This document shows, piece by piece, positions 38,417-49,045 of a stretch of 64,000 bases of DNA. Each line of letters begins with the position of its first letter. Positions within the stretch are counted from its first letter, which is position 1. The notes below the pieces were generated by a model. It saw only the letters and a program-made list of their open reading frames with translations, did no database searches and was not told the DNA's origin. The stretch lies in contig JALHFY010000001.1 in NCBI GenBank assembly GCA_022837635.1, positions 160,136 through 224,135 on the forward strand, written 5' to 3'. The position numbers and the translations under genes were made by a program. The DNA comes from Candidatus Shapirobacteria bacterium (GTDB lineage Bacteria > Patescibacteriota > Microgenomatia > UBA12405).

Positions 38417-40676
38417 GTTTTTTAGCTTCAGCCCAGGCAATAATTTCTCGAGTGCGATCGATAGCATCAGGAGAAACAGAGATAGAAGTAATCCCCCATT
38501 TAACCAATTTTTCAACTAAATCGGGATGGTTGCTAGGGGCCTGTCCACAGATACCGACCATAATGCCGCGTTTTTTAGATTTAACTACCAGTCTTTTGAG
38601 AGACCATAAGACAGCTGGATCTAATTCGTTGAATTCAGTCGCCACTTCTTCATTGTCTCGATCCAGACCGAGGGTAAGCATGGTCAAGTCGTTGCTACCG
38701 ATAGAGATTCCATCAATACCAACGTCAATAAATTTATCTAAAAGAATGACGTTAGTGGGAATTTCAGCCATCATAAATAACTTGAAAGAAGGTGAACGGA
38801 GAAGACCAGCATCAGTAATCAGTTTTTTAACTTTCATTAGTTCTTGAGGGGAACGACAAAAAGGAATCATCAGCCAGAGATTTTTTAGGTTATATTTATT
38901 ACGAACTTTTTTAATGGCTTCCAGTTCCATATTAAAAACATCTGGAGAGTTAATATAACGTATAGCTCCGCGAAATCCTAATAGAGGATTGGGTTCTTCA
39001 GGCTCATAAAGTTTACCCCACTTGAGATAGCGATATTCATTAGTCTTAAAATCAGTGGCGCGGTAAATAACCGGTCGGGGGTTAAAGTTTTTACAAAATT
39101 TAAGAAGACCATTAGTTAATTGATCGATATATTCTTTTTGACGACCTTCCTGAATCATTCTTTTGGGGTGAAGGCCGATATTGGCAATCATAAATTCAGC
39201 TCGGAGTAAACCGACACCGTCGGTGGGACGTTTAGACATTTCTCGAGCCAATTCTGGTTCACCTAAATTGAGATAAAGTTTAGTAGCAGTTTTTTGGACG
39301 GAAGTGCTTTTTTTAGTATTTTTGGAAATAGTAGTAGCGCCACTGTAAATTTTGCCGCTAGTACCATCAACAGTAACTAAATCCCCTTCTTTAATAATTT
39401 TAGTAGCGGTATTAGTACCGACAACACAGGGAACACCTAATTCTCGACTGACGATGGCAGCATGTGAAGTTTGTCCACCTTGATCGGTAACAATACCTTT
39501 GACTTTTTTCATAGCTGGAACAAAGTCAGGAGTAGTCATTTCGGTAACTAAGATTTGACCACTTCGAACTCGTTTAAGTTCTTTAGGATCTTTAATAATT
39601 ACTGCTGGACCAGAACCGGTACCGGGAGAAGCGGCTTGACCTTCGAGAATGGTTTTGAGATGACTATCGATTTGGGTTTGTGAATCGAGACTTTTTTGAC
39701 TGGTGGCAACAGTAGTAATAGGTCGAGTTTGGACAAAATAGAGTTTATTTTTTTCGATAGCAAATTCAATGTCTTGAGAGCGGCCGTAGTGATTATGTAA
39801 TTTTTGGGCGGTCTTGGCGATTTTCAAAACCATGTTTTTGTCTATTTTAGTGCGATTTTGTTTATACTTAGGGACAGCGGTTTCCTTGTTACCATCTTCA
39901 AAGCGAGTTAGTTGGATTTTTTGAGGAACGTGATTTTCAAATTTTATACTCCAATTGCTTTTATCGACAATGTGTTGGTCGGGGGTGACAATACCTTGGA
40001 CAATATACTCCCCTAGTCCCCAAATAGTTTCAATGACAATTTCATTTTTATTGTTGTTGACTGGATTGATGGTAAAACAAATACCGGAAATTTCGCTTTG
40101 AACCATTTTTTGAACAGGAACGGCAACACCAATTTTGAAGTGATTGTATTTATTTTTGACTTGGTAAAAGAGAGAGCGAGAAGTAAAAAGGCTGGACCAA
40201 CAGGCTCTAACTCGGTCAACAACATTAGTTTCTCCAATTACATTAAGAAAAGTATCACCTTGACCAGCAAAGGAGGCGTCAGGACTATCCTCGGCGGTGG
40301 CGGAGGTACGGACAGCTACAGGCACGTTTTTAAGACCACCATAGTCACAAAGTTTTTTATAAGCAGACATGATGTCGAGAGCAATATCTTCTGGCACTGG
40401 AGCACTTTTAATCATTTTTCTGATTTTGGCTGAGGATTTATTGAGTTCTTCGGGGTTGTCGACATTAGTGATATCTAAAATGGCTTTAATTTTAGGTTTA
40501 AGACCATTACTATCGATAAATTTGAAATAAGCGTGAGTGGTGGTACAAAAACCATTGGGGACCGGAATGCCGTTGTTGTACATTTCCCCCAAGTTTCCAC
40601 CTTTACCTCCAACTATAGGAACATCATCAAAGTGAATATCCTTAAACCATAGAAGATTAACTTTGTTTTTGCTCAT
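38409..40676 (-). CDS. ppsA: Phosphoenolpyruvate synthase
   Basis: VGGKGGNLGEM, SATAED, TSHAAIVSRE, GLLRAEF, SIGSNDLT, GICGQAPS. Confidence 0.96.
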   Translation of the reverse strand: MSKNKVNLLWFKDIHFDDVPIVGGKGGNLGEMYNNGIPVPNGFCTTTHAYFKFIDSNGLKPKIKAILDITNVDNPEELNKSSAKIRKMIKSAPVPEDIALDIMSAYKKLCDYGGLKNVPVAVRTSATAEDSPDASFAGQGDTFLNVIGETNVVDRVRACWSSLFTSRSLFYQVKNKYNHFKIGVAVPVQKMVQSEISGICFTINPVNNNKNEIVIETIWGLGEYIVQGIVTPDQHIVDKSNWSIKFENHVPQKIQLTRFEDGNKETAVPKYKQNRTKIDKNMVLKIAKTAQKLHNHYGRSQDIEFAIEKNKLYFVQTRPITTVATSQKSLDSQTQIDSHLKTILEGQAASPGTGSGPAVIIKDPKELKRVRSGQILVTEMTTPDFVPAMKKVKGIVTDQGGQTSHAAIVSRELGVPCVVGTNTATKIIKEGDLVTVDGTSGKIYSGATTISKNTKKSTSVQKTATKLYLNLGEPELAREMSKRPTDGVGLLRAEFMIANIGLHPKRMIQEGRQKEYIDQLTNGLLKFCKNFNPRPVIYRATDFKTNEYRYLKWGKLYEPEEPNPLLGFRGAIRYINSPDVFNMELEAIKKVRNKYNLKNLWLMIPFCRSPQELMKVKKLITDAGLLRSPSFKLFMMAEIPTNVILLDKFIDVGIDGISIGSNDLTMLTLGLDRDNEEVATEFNELDPAVLWSLKRLVVKSKKRGIMVGICGQAPSNHPDLVEKLVKWGITSISVSPDAIDRTREIIAWAEAKKLK

Positions 40677-41074
40677 TTACTCTCCCAACCCCGATTTGGA
40701 GTATTTCTAAGCGCTTCGTTTTCATCAGGACGTTGACTATCATCTTGAAGTCTATAGGTGGTTCCAGTTTCTGGGGTAGAGGCTTCAAAGAGTTGACAAT
40801 CGGTAACAGCTTGAAAACGATGAACAGTATTAATGGGAATAGTGTAGCCGCGAAGTGGTTGCATGGCTTCGGTTTTAAGCTCATCTTGGTTTGGTCCCCA
40901 AATGATGTTGCATTCGCCGGAAAAGAGACAGAGAGTTTCTAATTTTTGATCGTGGTACTGGAGAGAAACACGTTTACCAGCTTTGATTTCCAGGATTTTG
41001 GCGGCATAAGGGGAATCGGGAGTGGTAAGAATAATTTCCCGACCCCAGGGTTTGTCAATGATTTGGGCAGTCAT
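40673..41074 (-). CDS. Cupin protein (mannose-6-phosphate isomerase type II-like)
   Basis: KPWGRE, SLQYHDQKLET, VHRF, EAST, RLQDD. Confidence 0.85.
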   Translation of the reverse strand: MTAQIIDKPWGREIILTTPDSPYAAKILEIKAGKRVSLQYHDQKLETLCLFSGECNIIWGPNQDELKTEAMQPLRGYTIPINTVHRFQAVTDCQLFEASTPETGTTYRLQDDSQRPDENEALRNTPNRGWESK

Positions 41075-41091
41075 ATAAAAATGATAACATT

Positions 41092-41712
41092 TTACTGCAT
41101 GAGTGTGAGCATCAATCTTTCCAGAGCCATTTCTTTAGGTTCAAAGAGGCGACCACTTTTGGATTTGTAATCAATATCGATAAGTTGGAGATAGGCATTT
41201 TTGAGTTTATTTTCAGGGAACTTTGAAAAGGTGGTTAATTGTCGACGGAGAGTGTTTTTGAACCAAAACATGATTAATTCGAAAGGGAGATGTGATAAAA
41301 GTTGTTGATATTTTTGAGAAAAATCTTTGGCATTACCAGGACGAAGGGAGTTAAGACAACTAAAAAGCATTTCCGGGAGGCTAAAGAGCTTGATTTCGGC
41401 GTTGGGGAAAAGTTTAAGTTTGGCGGCTTCAATTTTTTTAGATTGCCAGAAAAGATAGGTAAAATTAGGATATTGATTAATTAATTTAACCGCTTTGTCA
41501 AAATTATTTTTTAAGAGTGAAAAAAAATTTTCAATAATAATGACTTTGTCTTCGGAAAAAAGAGAAGCAGTACTTAAAAAACGATCAAAAGAATCCAGAT
41601 CAAAGGCTTTGGTATCACTCTTAAATTTTTGAGCAGACTTAAACTCGTCGATTTTAAGGCTAAAGTTTTGATAACTGGTAGCCGTATCATCACCGTGGAA
41701 AATGTAAATCAT
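41092..41712 (-). CDS. holA: DNA polymerase III delta-like subunit
   Basis: MIYIFHGDD, SLFSEDKVIIIE, DYKSKSG; start at 41712 (the ORF extension is tRNA-Glu). Confidence 0.75.
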   Translation of the reverse strand: MIYIFHGDDTATSYQNFSLKIDEFKSAQKFKSDTKAFDLDSFDRFLSTASLFSEDKVIIIENFFSLLKNNFDKAVKLINQYPNFTYLFWQSKKIEAAKLKLFPNAEIKLFSLPEMLFSCLNSLRPGNAKDFSQKYQQLLSHLPFELIMFWFKNTLRRQLTTFSKFPENKLKNAYLQLIDIDYKSKSGRLFEPKEMALERLMLTLMQ

Positions 41713-41714
41713 GG

Positions 41715-41791
41715 TGGTGACCCCGGAGGGAGTCGAACCCTCGATTGCCTGGATGAAAGCCAGGAGTCCTAGGCCACTAGACGACGGGGCC
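41715..41791 (-). tRNA. tRNA-Glu(TTC)
   Basis: CCTGG-CTTTCAT-CCAGG; CCA. Confidence 0.95.
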
Positions 41792-41828
41792 AAATACAAG
41801 GTATTTTACCAAAGATATGTTGATTTGC

Positions 41829-42449
41829 CTATTTGGAGCGTGAGAAGAGCTTAAGAAGAGTAAATCCTGCAAGAATAAAGACCAAAGAGATTATTTGAGC
41901 GATTTTAAGAGAGTTGATTTGCCAAGTATCGGATCTAAAGGATTCAAAGAAAAAACGAATAGTGCCATAACCAATGAGATATAAAGCGGTAGAGCTGTAG
42001 TGTTTGAGAGTTTTAGATTTTAGGATGAAGAATAAAAATAGATTCAGACTGGCCTCAAACCACCAGAGAGAAATTTCACCATTGACAAAATTACCTAAAC
42101 GACCAAGAGCTTGACAGAGGGGTAAAATAGGAGTGATAGAGTCAGTGATTTCTAAAAAAGAAATTTTGTAGTAGCGAGAAAAAAGAAAGATAAACAAGAT
42201 AGCGCCTAAAATGGCACCATAGATTCCCAATCCCCCGTTCCAGGTGGCTAAAATTTGAGAGGGATGTTGAGAATAATAATCCCATTGATCAGTCACGTGA
42301 TAAAGACGAGAACAGAGAATGGCAAAAAACAATAATCCGACAATAAAAAGATTTACCCTGTTTTTCGGGATAACTGTTTGATGACGGGAAAAATAATCAA
42401 TACCAATGATAATGGCGATACCAATAATCAGGCCGTAGAAATGAATCAA
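41829..42449 (-). CDS. lgt: Prolipoprotein diacylglyceryl transferase (short)
   Basis: FYGL, SRLYHV, WNGGLGIYG, QALGRLGNFVNGE, RFFFESFR. Confidence 0.88.
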   Translation of the reverse strand: MIHFYGLIIGIAIIIGIDYFSRHQTVIPKNRVNLFIVGLLFFAILCSRLYHVTDQWDYYSQHPSQILATWNGGLGIYGAILGAILFIFLFSRYYKISFLEITDSITPILPLCQALGRLGNFVNGEISLWWFEASLNLFLFFILKSKTLKHYSSTALYLIGYGTIRFFFESFRSDTWQINSLKIAQIISLVFILAGFTLLKLFSRSK

Positions 42450-42450
42450 G

Positions 42451-42523
42451 TGGGTCCTGCGGGACTCGAACCCGCGACCAATTGCTTAAAAGGCAACTGC
42501 TCTACCGACTGAGCTAAAGACCC
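42451..42523 (-). tRNA. tRNA-Lys(TTT)
   Basis: GTTGC-CTTTTAA-GCAAT. Confidence 0.95.
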
Positions 42524-42546
42524 AAATTGTGAAATCTAATTGTTAA

Positions 42547-42858
42547 TTAGATAGTGCGAGCGTGGGGTTGTCTGAGAAAATAAAGTTTGGCCCGACGTAG
42601 TGTCCTTTTGGGACCTCGCATTTTTTTAATAGAATCAATCCAAGGAGAATTTAGGGGAAAGATTCTTTCAACTCTAACACCGTCGGAAGCTTTTTTGGTT
42701 ACCAGGAAGTTTTTATTATCTCCCCTACCGGTGATAGACATAATGATGCCATCAAAGGCCTGAAGTCGTTCTTTATCTTTTTCTTTGATTTTGTAAAGGA
42801 CTTTGACAGTATCGCCGACATGATATTCGGTGTCCTGGTAGTTGAATTTGATGGCCAT
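42547..42858 (-). CDS. rplS: 50S ribosomal protein L19
   Basis: GDTVKV, ERLQAFDG, VERIFP, RRAKLYFLR. Confidence 0.96.
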   Translation of the reverse strand: MAIKFNYQDTEYHVGDTVKVLYKIKEKDKERLQAFDGIIMSITGRGDNKNFLVTKKASDGVRVERIFPLNSPWIDSIKKMRGPKRTLRRAKLYFLRQPHARTI

Positions 42859-42913
42859 GTGTAATTAAAAGAATGTGTAAACTTTGGTATTTTATATTAA
42901 AACACAATTCTTA

Positions 42914-45900
42914 TCAAGAATGTTTGAGAAGTTTTTGGATTTTAGCTTCTAAATCAGAATTGTAATGCACTCCGTAAGTAAGTTTGATTTCTTTTTTATT
43001 AGGTAGAACAATAAGACCTCGATGGCCGTTGGGATGGTTTTTTAGAAGTCGGTCCAATTCCATAAGAGTGGAGGCAGAGGTGCCTTCCGGAATATCGATA
43101 ATAAAATCATAGGCAGAAACATTTTTAGGTAAAGTTTCTGATAACATATCGACCAGAACCGATATGACATTATCTCTCAGCGAAATTTTACCTTCGACAA
43201 AGAGTCCTTTGTTTTCTTCAAGTAGATTTTTGAAAGCCATATAGGCTTTAGGGAAAACGACAGCTTCGATTTGTTCTTGTCCATCATCAAAGGTAACAAA
43301 GGCCATAGCGGAATTATCTTTTTTAGTATGGATAATTTTGAACTTTTGAACTACAGCAGCAAATTTGACAGTATCATTTTGTTTTTTAGTTTTAATTTCG
43401 GCAATGTTGTCTAAAAGAGCGTGACGGAAGGGTGAAAGAATTTTATGAATAGGATTTTCGGTAATATAAATACCTAAGAGGGTTTTTTCTTGAGCCAGAC
43501 GTTCTTTTTCAGGCATGGCTTCAACTTGAGGAAAGACATCTTCAGGGATTAGATGAGGGGTGTCAGTGGAATCAAAGAGACCAAATTGACCAGAGTTTTT
43601 TTTATCATTTAGTTTACTGGAACGATTTCTAATTTCATCCATACCAGCAAGAATCGCGTTTCTTTCACCGAAACTATCAAAGGCACCGACTTTGATTAGA
43701 CTCTCTAAAACTTTTTTATTAACTTTTTGACCACTGACTCTAAGACAGAAGTCGGTAAAACTTTGAAAGGGGCCATTTTTATTTCTTTCTTCAATAATCA
43801 AATCAATAGCAATATTACCGACATTTTTGATAGCTGAAAGACCGACTCTAATAGCCATAGATTCCAGAGATTGGTCATTTTTTTCAAATTCAAAGCCTTT
43901 TTGAGAAAAATTAATGTCGGGAGGTAGAACAATAATCCCCATTTTTCGGCATTCTTCAACGCCTGCCGCCACTTTTTCGAGATCGTCAGCCTCGGCAGTA
44001 AGTAAGGCACACATGTATTCAACGGGATAATTGGCCTTCATGTAAGCAGTGCGGTAAGCCAACATTCCATAAGAGGCAGCATGGGCTTTATTGAAACCAT
44101 AAGAAGTAAAGGGTTCGATGAGCTTAAAAATTTCTTCGGCTTTTTTTTGAGTGTAGCCGTTAGTGACACAACCGGAAATAAATTTTTCTTTTTGAGCAGC
44201 CATTTCTTCGGGGATTTTCTTACCGATAGCCTTTCTAAATTTGTCAACTTCAACCCAGTTGTAGCCAGCTAATTCAATGGCGGTATATAAACAGTCATCT
44301 TGGTATACCAACAAACCATAAGAGGCTTTAAGAATATCTTTCATTTTAGGGTCAAAATATTCGATTTTACTGGGATCTTTTTTACGGGCGATATATTCAG
44401 GAATAATAGCCATAGGACCAGGACGATAGAGAGCCACCATAGCCATTAAATCTTCAACTCGGTTGGGTTGAAGTTCTTTGAGCCATTTGGTCATGCCCTC
44501 ACCGCTAAGTTGAAAGACTCCCATAGTGTCACCTCGGGATAACATTTCAAAAGTTTTTTTATCGTCCAAAGGGATTTTTTTCAGGTTAACCTCAATACCC
44601 TGATTTTTGCGGACATTAATAACGGCTTGACGCAGGAAGGAAAGATTTCTGATTCCCAAGATATCAAATTTAATTAGACCAATATCTTCACAAGCGTGCA
44701 TTTCGTATTGAGTAATTGGTTTTTCCCCACCGGATTCAGTTTGAATAGGTGAAAAATCTTGAACAGTAGTAGGAGAAATAACGATAGCACAGGCATGAAC
44801 TGAAATATGACGGGCACAACCTTCAATTTGACGGGCAGTATCCATAATTTTTTTGGAGTCTGGGTCAGTGTCGTAGAGTTGTTTTAATTCTGGAGTAATA
44901 TTGAGGGCTTTATCGATACTCATAGGAAAACCTTGAGAGCCAAGAGGAATGAGTTTACTGATTTTGTCGCCAACAGCATATTCATAACCTAAAACACGAG
45001 CGGTATCACGGACGGCACCACGAGCCATCATTCGACCGAAGGTGCAGATTTGAGCAAAAGAATCTTCACCATATTGTTGGATGATATGAAAAAGCATACT
45101 TTGACGCTGGTCGTCAGCAATATCGAGGTCAATATCTGGAGGTGAAGGGCGATCCCGATTAAGGAAACGTTCAAAAGGAAGACCGTAAACTAGAGGGTCA
45201 ACAGAGACGATACCTAAAACATAGGAAACTAGGGAACCACCGGCACTACCCCGAGTGTTGGTGGGAGTGTCATTTTTCTCACACCAAAGGATAAAGTCGT
45301 GCATGATTAAAAAGTAAGCAGCATAGCCTTTGGAGCAAATAATTTCGAGTTCATATTCGAGACGCTCGGTGATTTCAGGGGAAAGTTTTTGACCGTAAAT
45401 TTCTTTGGCACCGGCAAAAACTTTTTGTCTCAAGGCTTCTTCGGCGGTCAAATTGGGAGGTAGTTTGAATTTAGGAAAGTACCATTTACCGAGTTCAATA
45501 TTAAGATCACATTTATCAGCAATTTTTTGTGTATTGTCAATAGCTTCGGGATAATCACTAAAAAGTTTAGTCATTTCCTGAGGTGATTTGACGTAAAAAT
45601 CGGGAGTATTGACCATGGTTAAGCGGTTTTGATCATTGATGGTGGTTTGAGTATTGATCATCATCAATACGTCCTGAGCAAAGGCATCTTCTGGTTTAAG
45701 GTAGTGGCAATCATTGGTGGCGACTAAAGGAATACCTAATTCTCGACTGATTTTGATGATACCGGCGTTGGCTTGTTCTTGTTCTTCAATTCCGGGATGA
45801 CGTTGAATTTCCAGATAATAATCGTCAGCAAATAGTTTTTGAAAACGGGCGGCAGTTTCTTTGGCTTTGTCATACTTATCTTCAAGAATTTCAGCAGCGA

Positions 45901-46321
45901 CTTGTCCTTGAGCGCAGGCAGAGAGACAAACTAGGTCTTGATGGTATTTTTCCAATGATTCCCAATCAATGCGAGGCTTGTAATAAAAACCTTCGCGGTG
46001 ACTGATGCTGACCAGTTTCATCAGGTTTTTATAACCGGTGGTGTTTTTGGCTAATAAAACGAGGTGGTAATTTTTCCGGTTTTGAGAATTTTTTTCATGA
46101 CGGGAACCGGCGGTCATGTACATTTCTGCCCCAATTATCGGTTTAATATCGTTTTTAACGCAGACCTTATAAAATTCAATGGCGCCGTACATATTGCCAT
46201 GGTCGGTAATGGCACAGGCAGTAGCCCCCTGCTCTTTCAATAAAGGAATCAATTTTTTAGTTCTCGAAAGACCATCAAGAAGAGAGTATTCGGTGTGTAA
46301 GTGTAGATTAACAAAAGGCAT
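42914..46321 (-). CDS. dnaE: DNA polymerase III alpha subunit
   Basis: HTEYSLLDG PHP domain, RGSAGGS, PPDIDLD, YGFNKAH; no intein-sized insert. Confidence 0.97.
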   Translation of the reverse strand: MPFVNLHLHTEYSLLDGLSRTKKLIPLLKEQGATACAITDHGNMYGAIEFYKVCVKNDIKPIIGAEMYMTAGSRHEKNSQNRKNYHLVLLAKNTTGYKNLMKLVSISHREGFYYKPRIDWESLEKYHQDLVCLSACAQGQVAAEILEDKYDKAKETAARFQKLFADDYYLEIQRHPGIEEQEQANAGIIKISRELGIPLVATNDCHYLKPEDAFAQDVLMMINTQTTINDQNRLTMVNTPDFYVKSPQEMTKLFSDYPEAIDNTQKIADKCDLNIELGKWYFPKFKLPPNLTAEEALRQKVFAGAKEIYGQKLSPEITERLEYELEIICSKGYAAYFLIMHDFILWCEKNDTPTNTRGSAGGSLVSYVLGIVSVDPLVYGLPFERFLNRDRPSPPDIDLDIADDQRQSMLFHIIQQYGEDSFAQICTFGRMMARGAVRDTARVLGYEYAVGDKISKLIPLGSQGFPMSIDKALNITPELKQLYDTDPDSKKIMDTARQIEGCARHISVHACAIVISPTTVQDFSPIQTESGGEKPITQYEMHACEDIGLIKFDILGIRNLSFLRQAVINVRKNQGIEVNLKKIPLDDKKTFEMLSRGDTMGVFQLSGEGMTKWLKELQPNRVEDLMAMVALYRPGPMAIIPEYIARKKDPSKIEYFDPKMKDILKASYGLLVYQDDCLYTAIELAGYNWVEVDKFRKAIGKKIPEEMAAQKEKFISGCVTNGYTQKKAEEIFKLIEPFTSYGFNKAHAASYGMLAYRTAYMKANYPVEYMCALLTAEADDLEKVAAGVEECRKMGIIVLPPDINFSQKGFEFEKNDQSLESMAIRVGLSAIKNVGNIAIDLIIEERNKNGPFQSFTDFCLRVSGQKVNKKVLESLIKVGAFDSFGERNAILAGMDEIRNRSSKLNDKKNSGQFGLFDSTDTPHLIPEDVFPQVEAMPEKERLAQEKTLLGIYITENPIHKILSPFRHALLDNIAEIKTKKQNDTVKFAAVVQKFKIIHTKKDNSAMAFVTFDDGQEQIEAVVFPKAYMAFKNLLEENKGLFVEGKISLRDNVISVLVDMLSETLPKNVSAYDFIIDIPEGTSASTLMELDRLLKNHPNGHRGLIVLPNKKEIKLTYGVHYNSDLEAKIQKLLKHS

Positions 46322-46409
46322 CTATTTAATTATCGATGTTTAATCTGCAATCTTCAATTGTAAAAAGTGGGTCAAAAGGAGGCAGTGCCAAGAAAATGCG
46401 GTTATTACA

Positions 46410-47309
46410 TCACATTTTTTTTAGGGCGGCAATACGGTCTGAAATGGGAGGGTGGGTGGAAAAAAGATTGGCCAGTTTTTGACCTTTGAAAGGGTTATTG
46501 ATGTAAAGAGAGTCGGTGGCTTTGGAAGCTTGAAGAAAAGGAGTAGAATCAGAGTCGATTTTTTGGAGAGCGCCAATTAAACCTGAGGGTTGACGGGTGA
46601 GAGACACACTGGAAGCATCGGCAAAAAATTCACGACGACGGGAAATAGCCAATTGAATTAATCGAGAAATGAGTGGAGCAAAAATAAGCAAAAAGATACC
46701 CAAGATTTGAAAAAGGCCTTGATGTTGACGATGGTGTGGAGAGTATTTGTCATCATCATCGTCTTTATAACTAATAAAAGAAGAGCGGTTGGTAAAGTTA
46801 ATTAAAGCTGAGATAGTGCCAATTAAAACGGAGACGACGGTCATAAGTAGAGTGTCGTAGTTTTTAATATGAGACAGTTCATGACCAATAACACCTTCTA
46901 ATTCAGTGCGATTTAATTCGCGTAAAAGTCCGGTAGTGGCGCAGATGGAGGCATGTTGAGGTGAACGGCCGGTGGCAAAGGCGTTCATAGCCGGAGAATC
47001 GATAACGTAGATTTTAGGCATGGGAATGGCGGCGGCTTTGGCTAGATTTTCAGTAACAGTATAAAATTCAAAAAAATTTTTTTTATCAGCGGCCACAGCT
47101 TGGTTCAAAGAAAGAACAATTTTATCACCGAGAAAATAACTGCTAAAAGCTGAAATAGCGGAATAAGTTAGAGCTAGGGGTAAAAAAACCTGACTATCAA
47201 AACTGTAGCTGAGAATGTAGCCGGTAGCAGAGATAAAACAGACAAAAAGGACGATGATGAAAAAGGAGCGCCGTTTATTGTCGGCTACTGCCTGATAAAA
47301 ACTAGCCAT
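46410..47309 (-). CDS. htpX: HtpX/M48 zinc metalloprotease
   Basis: NAFATG, GHELSH, SRRREFFAD, STHPP. Confidence 0.92.
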   Translation of the reverse strand: MASFYQAVADNKRRSFFIIVLFVCFISATGYILSYSFDSQVFLPLALTYSAISAFSSYFLGDKIVLSLNQAVAADKKNFFEFYTVTENLAKAAAIPMPKIYVIDSPAMNAFATGRSPQHASICATTGLLRELNRTELEGVIGHELSHIKNYDTLLMTVVSVLIGTISALINFTNRSSFISYKDDDDDKYSPHHRQHQGLFQILGIFLLIFAPLISRLIQLAISRRREFFADASSVSLTRQPSGLIGALQKIDSDSTPFLQASKATDSLYINNPFKGQKLANLFSTHPPISDRIAALKKM

Positions 47310-47314
47310 CTAAA

Positions 47315-47893
47315 TTAAAGTTGAACTTTAGGAGTCTTGGTTTCAGTATCGGAGACGGAAGTAACTTCAGGACTATCGGGGGTGCTTAAACCACTCTTTT
47401 TAGTGAAACCGAAAAGTGGTGCAATCCAAACTCCGGGAATAGTGCTGATTTTTAGATTGTAATCGGCGGAAAGATCAATGTAGGTTCGACGAGCGTACAT
47501 AATTTTGTCAGCGGTATCGCGGAGTTCGTTCATCATGTTGTCGACTAATCCGGAAGCTTGAATTTCAGGATTAGATTCGGCGATAACTCGGAGTGAACTG
47601 ACTGTTTTACTGATTAAATCCTGAGCTTTATCAATTTTTTGTGGATCTTTAGAAGAAATAGCTTCGTCTACCATTTTACGGGCATTGGTCAGGGCGGTAA
47701 AAACATCTTTTTCATGTTTCATATAGCCCTTCACAGATTCAATTAGATTGGGAATAAGTTGAGCTTGACGTTTAAGTTGATTACCGATTTCTTGGAGGGA
47801 AGCGCCAATACGGACTTCGGTGGTTTTGAGACTGTTGTAAAAAAAGATGATATAGAAAACTAAGACAGCGAGGATAGCGATTAAAATAGTCAT
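47315..47893 (-). CDS. lemA: LemA family protein
   Basis: QLKRQAQLIPNL..VKGYMKHE, ARR..YN; adjacent to htpX. Confidence 0.92.
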   Translation of the reverse strand: MTILIAILAVLVFYIIFFYNSLKTTEVRIGASLQEIGNQLKRQAQLIPNLIESVKGYMKHEKDVFTALTNARKMVDEAISSKDPQKIDKAQDLISKTVSSLRVIAESNPEIQASGLVDNMMNELRDTADKIMYARRTYIDLSADYNLKISTIPGVWIAPLFGFTKKSGLSTPDSPEVTSVSDTETKTPKVQL

Positions 47894-47899
47894 AATTAA

Positions 47900-48913
47900 T
47901 TATAGCATTTTATAAATTTCTAATTCGTTTTTGCCAAGGCGTTTTTGAGGGGGAATGTATTTAAGTTTAAGGAATTTATAAAAGTCCTGTTCATTGTCGA
48001 ATTTATGTAACTTACCGGTTTTTAAGTTTTTGATGCCATATTCGGAGAGAGAAAAACCCATTTTAAGAGCATGTCGACGCAGGATGATATTGTGTTGGCG
48101 AGAACCGGTGAAATGCTGTAAAAGAGCACCGAAACTGGCTTTAGGTTTAACCATGAGATCGACATGAATATCATGAAGGAGACGAAGGCTGGCTTTGTCT
48201 TGACCGCGAATAATGGTTTGGACAGATTTTGGGTATTCTAAAAATTGAGTAATGATTTTTTGGGAATTATCAGAAGCGGCGGCAATATCAATATCGCCAA
48301 CAGTTGATTGTTCTCTGCGCAAAGAGCCTAGAGCGATAAATTCCGTCTTAGGAAAATATTTCTTAAGATAAGTAATAATTTCATTGGCAATTTTTTGAGC
48401 CTTTTTCAGAGGCATTCTTTTACCCCGACCTAAAAAAGACAGAGTATTTTCCAAAATCATCTGTTGAGATTTTTCCCCAAAGCTAGGTAAATCTTTTATT
48501 TTATCTTGTTGAGCGTAGGTAATTAATTGTTCTAAGGCTTTTTCCGGTTGAGGTGAGAATTTGAGACTTTGAGTGAGTTTGTAGGCAATCAGAGGTCCAA
48601 TACTGTTAATTTTTTCAAAGGTAAAGATGGCTGGATGGAGAGAGTTTAAGATTTTTTGTGTAGGAGGATAGATTTTCCCGGTCTTAAAGAGATAATCAAT
48701 TTTTTTAAGAATAGCAGGGCCAATATTGGGAACTAAATCAAGGTTTTGAGGATCTTTAAGCCAGAGGTCATAGAGTGATTCGGGATAAGTGAGGATAGTT
48801 TCGGCGGCGTTTTGATAAGCCATAATGCGGAAGCGATTTTTTCTTTTGATTTCGTAAGCAGTGGCAATATTTTGTAACAATTCAGCAACTTGGGAATTGG
48901 TGAAAATCTCCAT
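47900..48913 (-). CDS. X-family DNA polymerase lacking the PHP domain
   Basis: FRIMAYQNAA, GSLRR, GDIDI, VDL, HFTGS, SEYG; start MEIFT. Confidence 0.88.
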   Translation of the reverse strand: MEIFTNSQVAELLQNIATAYEIKRKNRFRIMAYQNAAETILTYPESLYDLWLKDPQNLDLVPNIGPAILKKIDYLFKTGKIYPPTQKILNSLHPAIFTFEKINSIGPLIAYKLTQSLKFSPQPEKALEQLITYAQQDKIKDLPSFGEKSQQMILENTLSFLGRGKRMPLKKAQKIANEIITYLKKYFPKTEFIALGSLRREQSTVGDIDIAAASDNSQKIITQFLEYPKSVQTIIRGQDKASLRLLHDIHVDLMVKPKASFGALLQHFTGSRQHNIILRRHALKMGFSLSEYGIKNLKTGKLHKFDNEQDFYKFLKLKYIPPQKRLGKNELEIYKML

Positions 48914-48935
48914 ATATGTTATATTATCAGGACTT

Positions 48936-49009
48936 GGGCTCGTGGTGCAGCGGTCTAGCACATCCGCCTGTCACGCGGAAGATCGTGGGTTCAAATCCCA
49001 TCGGGCCCG
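48936..49009 (+). tRNA. tRNA-Asp(GTC)
   Basis: TCCGC-CTGTCAC-GCGGA. Confidence 0.95.
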
Positions 49010-49015
49010 CTTTAT

Positions 49016-49045
49016 CCGCCGTAGTGAAACGAAGGTGGTTTTTTT
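49016..49045 (+). terminator. Hairpin plus U7 after tRNA-Asp
   Basis: CCGCC...GGTGG imperfect stem, then T7. Confidence 0.55.

Noticed and set aside
46746-46772. FLAG-like SYKDDDDDK in HtpX
   Set aside because: Not the exact DYKDDDDK, lies in a variable charged loop, and there are no other signs of engineering.
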